From Mobula hypostoma (Eukaryota), in contig NC_086098.1 in the NCBI RefSeq assembly GCF_963921235.1, positions 6,386,001 through 6,450,000 on the forward strand: DNA of 64,000 bases, read 5' to 3'. The translations under genes were made by a program, and so were the position numbers. The notes beneath the pieces are model-generated. The model saw only the letters and a program-made list of their open reading frames with translations. It made no database searches and was not told the DNA's origin. The stretch's first letter is position 1; each line of letters opens with the position of its first letter. Positions 60,371-64,000 of the stretch are shown piece by piece.

Positions 60371-61202
60371 ATAGTCATAGTAATACTTTGGGGAAATTGG
60401 TTTTCGTTATAGTTGCACCATAAATAATAAATAGTAATAAAACCATAAATAGTTAAATAGTAATAAGTAAATTATGCCAGGAAATAAGTTCAGGACCAGC
60501 CTATTGGCTCAGGGTGTCTGACCCTCCAAGGGAGGAGTTGTAAAGTTTGATGGCCACAGGCAGGAATGACTTCCTATGACGCTCTGTGTTGCATCTCGGT
60601 GGAATGAGTCTCTGGCTGAATGTACTCCTGTGCCCACCCAGTACATTATGTAGTGGATGGGAGACATTGACCAAGATGGCATGCAACTTGGACAGCATCC
60701 TCTTTTCAGACACCACCGTCAGAGAGTCCAGTTCCATCCCCACAACATCACGAGCCTTACGAATGAGTTTGTTGATTCTGTTGGTGTCTGCTACCCTCAG
60801 CCTGCTGCCCCAGCACACAACAGCAAACATGATAGCACTGGCCACCACAGACTCATAGAACATCCTCAGCATCGTCCAGCAGATGTTAAAGGACCTCAGT
60901 CTCCTCAGGAAATAGAGACGGCTCTGACCCTTCTTGTAGACAGCCTCAGTGTTCTTTGACCAGTCCAGTTTATTGTCAATTCGTATCCCCAGGTATTTGT
61001 AATCCTCCACCATGTCCACACTGACCCCCTGGATGGAAACAAGGGTTGCCGGTACCTTAGCCCTCCTCAGGTCTACCACCAGCTCCTTAGTCTTTTTCAC
61101 ATTAAGCTGCAGATAATTCTGCTCACACCATGTGACAAAGTTTCCCACCGTAGCCCTGTACTCAGCCTCATCTTCCTTGCTGATGCATAAAACTATGGCA
61201 GA
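60371..61202 (-). mobile_element. Rex1/Babar LINE, 5'-truncated
   Basis: LQLNVKKTKELVVD..YKYLGIRIDNKLDW..GQSRLYFLRRL. Near-identical to 7561-8410. Confidence 0.92.
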
Positions 61203-62669
61203 AATGGTCATATTATGGTCGAAATGACAATAAAAAGTGACTTGACTTGACTGTATCTGTGCTGCTTTAGCTGAATCAACATGCCCCATGCAGATATTCA
61301 CCTCCCTTCTGGTTTCTTCAAACAGCAAGTTCCATGATGATTTGGCGCACATCACCAGCGTACCAGGGCAATGTGGCACTGCATCCGTGCTGGAGGCAGT
61401 GCTGCCCTCCTGCGTTTGCTCCGTAGAAGATGAGATGTTTTGTGTTCGACTGTAGACTGCTGTAACATTCATGGACTCCGGGACTTGGACTATATTTTTG
61501 TGTGTGACTGTAGACTGTATTTTACTGCTGTCTTATATGCGTTACATGTGCCTTGTGCTGTGTATGATTGTAGGTACTGCGTTTTGCACCTTGGCCCCAG
61601 AGCGAAGTTCTTCCGTTTGACTGTGTTCATGGGTATTCATGTATGGTTGAATGACAATTAAATTTAAACTTGACCTTGAACTTGATTATTAAGAGGTTTT
61701 ATCCCGATGGTTTGGACAAATTCTCCCTTTGATTTGACACCTTGCTTCACAGTCCTAAACTGAGTTTGCCTGCAAGCTCTTTTCAATGTCAAAGTTCAAA
61801 GTAAATGTGTCATACGTATATATCATCATATACTACCTTTAGATTTGTTTTATTGCAGGCACTTACAGGAAAATAAAGAAATACAATGGAGGTTTTAAAA
61901 AACAAAACCTATTGTAAATAAAGACTGACAAACAGCCAATGTGCGAAAGAAGACAAACTGCACAAATAATAAATAAATAGTAGTCATAGCGTAGCAGGGT
62001 ACTACGTCATTGAAACAGGTCCTTCAGCCCATCTAGTCCATGCTAAACTATTATTTTGCCTAGGCCCATTGACCTGTACCAAGACCATAGCCCACCATGC
62101 TTCTCCCGTCTTAAATGTTGAAAACAAACCAACCTTCACCACTTTTGCTGGCAGCTCATTCCACACTCTCACCATTCTATCAGAGAAAAAGTTCTCCTTA
62201 AACATTTCACCTTTCACTCTTAACCCATGACTTCTCGTTCTAGTAGATACTAACATGAGTTGTAGAGTCCTTGAAAGTAAGCCTGTAGGTTGAGGAATCT
62301 GTTCAGAGCTGAGGTGGGTGAAGTTATCCACGCCAGTTCAGGAGACTGATTGATGATGGGTAATAACTGTTCCTAAACCTGGTGGAGTGGGACCTAAAGC
62401 TCCTGTACCTCCTTCCCAATGGCAGCAGCAAGAAGAGAGCTTGGCCTTTTACTTCTGTGTCACCCATTGGCTTTCATTTTCCATTTTTTGGCATTTTCAC
62501 ACTGACAGTTGCATTCCTGCTTGTGTGTCATTTCATTTATCTAGGTCAGTGTTAATTATTAACCCATTTTCCATTTAGATTCAGATTCAGATTCAGATTG
62601 ATTTACTTATCAACTATACATTGAAACATACAGGAAATGCATTGTTTGCATTAACAACCAACTCACGCA

Positions 62670-62800
62670 TGAGATTCTACTGATGCAGGAAATCCAGAGC
62701 AACACACACAAAATGCTGGAGGAACTCAGCAGATCAGGCAGCATTTATGGAAATGAATAAACAGTTGACATTTTGCGCCAAGACCCTTCATAAGGACGGG
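62670..62800 (-). mobile_element. Short Penelope-derived 3' module with degenerate hammerhead
   Basis: Minus strand gtccttatgaagggtcttggcgcaaaatgtcaactg..tgctgcctgatctgctgagttcctccagca. Confidence 0.65.
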
Positions 62801-62885
62801 AAAGACAAAATAAGTCTCTTTTCCTCCCCCCCACCCACCTTCTCACACAGACAAGCCTCCGACCCCAGGACAAACTGCCTTCACA

Positions 62886-63335
62886 GACTCGCAGATATCA
62901 GCCCTCCATGGATTCACAGACATCAGTCCTAAATGGACTCACAGATGTCAGGCCTCCATGGACCCGCAGACATCAGGCCTCCATGGACCCACAGATGTTA
63001 ACTCTCCATGGACTCGCAGGTGTCAAGCTCCTGTGGACTCACAGGTGTCAGCCCTCCATGGACCTGCAGATGTCAGCCCTCCATGGACTCACAAATGTTA
63101 GCCCTCCATGGACTCACAGATGTCAGCCCTCCATGGACCCGCAGGTGTCAGGCCTCCATGGACTCGGAGATGTAAGGCCTCCATGGACTCGGAGATGTAA
63201 GGCCTCCATGGACTCGGAGACATAAGGCCTCCATGGACTCACAAATGTTAACCCTCCATGGACTCGGAGATGTAAGGCCTCCATGGACCCGCAGGTGTCA
63301 AGCTTCTGTGGACTCACATCAGCCCTCTTTGGATT
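62886..63335. repeat. 25-bp minisatellite, 17 full units plus degenerate end
   Basis: Unit ~GACTCRCAGATGTCAGGCCTCCATG starts at 62886, 62911, 62936 ... 63311 in exact 25-bp phase. Confidence 0.95.
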
Positions 63336-63432
63336 TGTTGATGTCAGGCCTCCGACATCTCCAGTGAACTCGTAGAACATAGAACATAAAATATAGAACA
63401 CGGAACACAGAATATAGAACATAGAACATGTA

Positions 63433-63954
63433 GATCTGTGCAAAAGTCTTAGGCACATACTGTACAACATACAGTTGAAGTCAGAAGTTTACATACACCT
63501 TTAAAATCCGATAGATAATTTGAGGGCAGAACTGAAAAAGCGTGTGCGAGCAAGGAGGCCTACAAACCTGACTCAGTTACATCAGTTCTGTCTGGAGGAA
63601 TGGAACAAAATTCCAGCAACTTACTGTGAGAAGCTTGTGGAAGGCTACCCAAGTTAAACAATTTAAAGGCAATGCTACCAAATACTAACAAAGTGTATTT
63701 AAACTTCTGACCCACTGGGAAAGTGATGAAGGAAATAAAAGCTGAGATAAATCATTCTCTCTACTATTATTCTGAGATTTCACATTCTTAAAATAAAGTA
63801 GTGATCCTAACTGACCTAAGACAGGGAAGGTTTTCTGGGATTAAATGTCAGGAATTGTGAAAAACTGAGTGTAATTATATTTGGCTAAGGTGTATGTAAA
63901 CTTTTGACTTCAGCTGTATATCACTAGTGAGCCTAAGACTTTTACACAGTACTG
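63433..63954. mobile_element. Tiny palindromic Tc1-type MITE hosting the Sleeping Beauty-type element
   Basis: ctgtgcaaaagtcttaggcac ... gcctaagacttttacacagtactg flank the insertion. Confidence 0.6.
63472..63916 (+). mobile_element. Sleeping Beauty/salmonid-type (IR/DR) Tc1 deletion derivative
   Basis: ta|CAGTTGAAGTCAGAAGTTTACATACAC ... GTGTATGTAAACTTTTGACTTCAGCTG|ta. Transposase C-terminus NPIDNLRAELKKRVRARRPTNLTQLHQFCLEEW..QVKQFKGNATKY* (63505-63688). Complete ~230-bp right IR/DR. Confidence 0.92.
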
Positions 63955-64000
63955 TAGTAATTTTTTGTATTACACTGTTCGCGGATGACTGCACAATGTT

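Larger units (their letters stand above)
55796..61252 (+). mobile_element. Rex/Babar-type 3' fragment whose UTR is split by an RTE and a Rex1 (pieces 55796-56418, 60266-60370, ~61203-61252)
   Basis: SIENILSNCITAWFRNC..LQRIIRSAEKVIG..IVKDPMHPSYKLFSLLPS. Final aataaa..(gactt)n tail at ~61229-61252. Confidence 0.7.

Noticed and set aside
60501..61472. 323-aa ORF as a host-TE fusion gene
   Set aside because: The C-terminal ~230 aa are Rex1 ORF2. The N-terminus is chance read-through across a LINE tail and flanking DNA, with no promoter or splice support.
62886..63335. CRISPR-like array or repeat-protein ORFs (62908-63225, 63123-63470)
   Set aside because: The units are contiguous with no unique spacers, there are no cas genes, and the context is eukaryotic. 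A 25-bp period is not a multiple of three, so the ORFs are by-products.
1..64000. Prokaryotic defence, retron or DGR system suggested by the many reverse transcriptases
   Set aside because: All RTs are eukaryotic non-LTR or Penelope-like types with tails, TSDs and decay. There is no operon structure.

Overview
This is a eukaryotic window made almost entirely of transposable elements, and I found no host protein-coding exon, rRNA, tRNA gene or CRISPR array that I can support. The repeat mix points to a cartilaginous fish, probably a ray or skate (inference): many CR1 LINEs, HE1/V-SINE-like SINEs, Rex1/Babar, RTE, Tx1, Penelope-like elements, Tc1 and hAT derivatives, and two solo LTRs. Nearly all long ORFs are retroelement ORF2 pieces or their antisense by-products. 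The most notable observations are: (1) a minimal type-I hammerhead ribozyme motif (CAGTC-CTGAYGA-A-GGG..CCC-GAAA-CGTC-GACTG) in the 3' end of the Penelope-like family and in many short solo modules; (2) a young Tx1 insertion with a twin-priming-type 5' inversion and a 14-bp TSD; (3) a Sleeping Beauty/salmonid-type Tc1 deletion derivative, a horizontal-transfer candidate; (4) two inverted, near-identical CR1 copies sharing the same ORF2-breaking 8-bp duplication; (5) several multi-level nested insertions with readable TSDs; (6) a 25-bp minisatellite that expanded inside a dispersed repeat. Family names come from motif recognition by eye and recalled consensus sequences, not database searches. 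Boundaries without a TSD are approximate.
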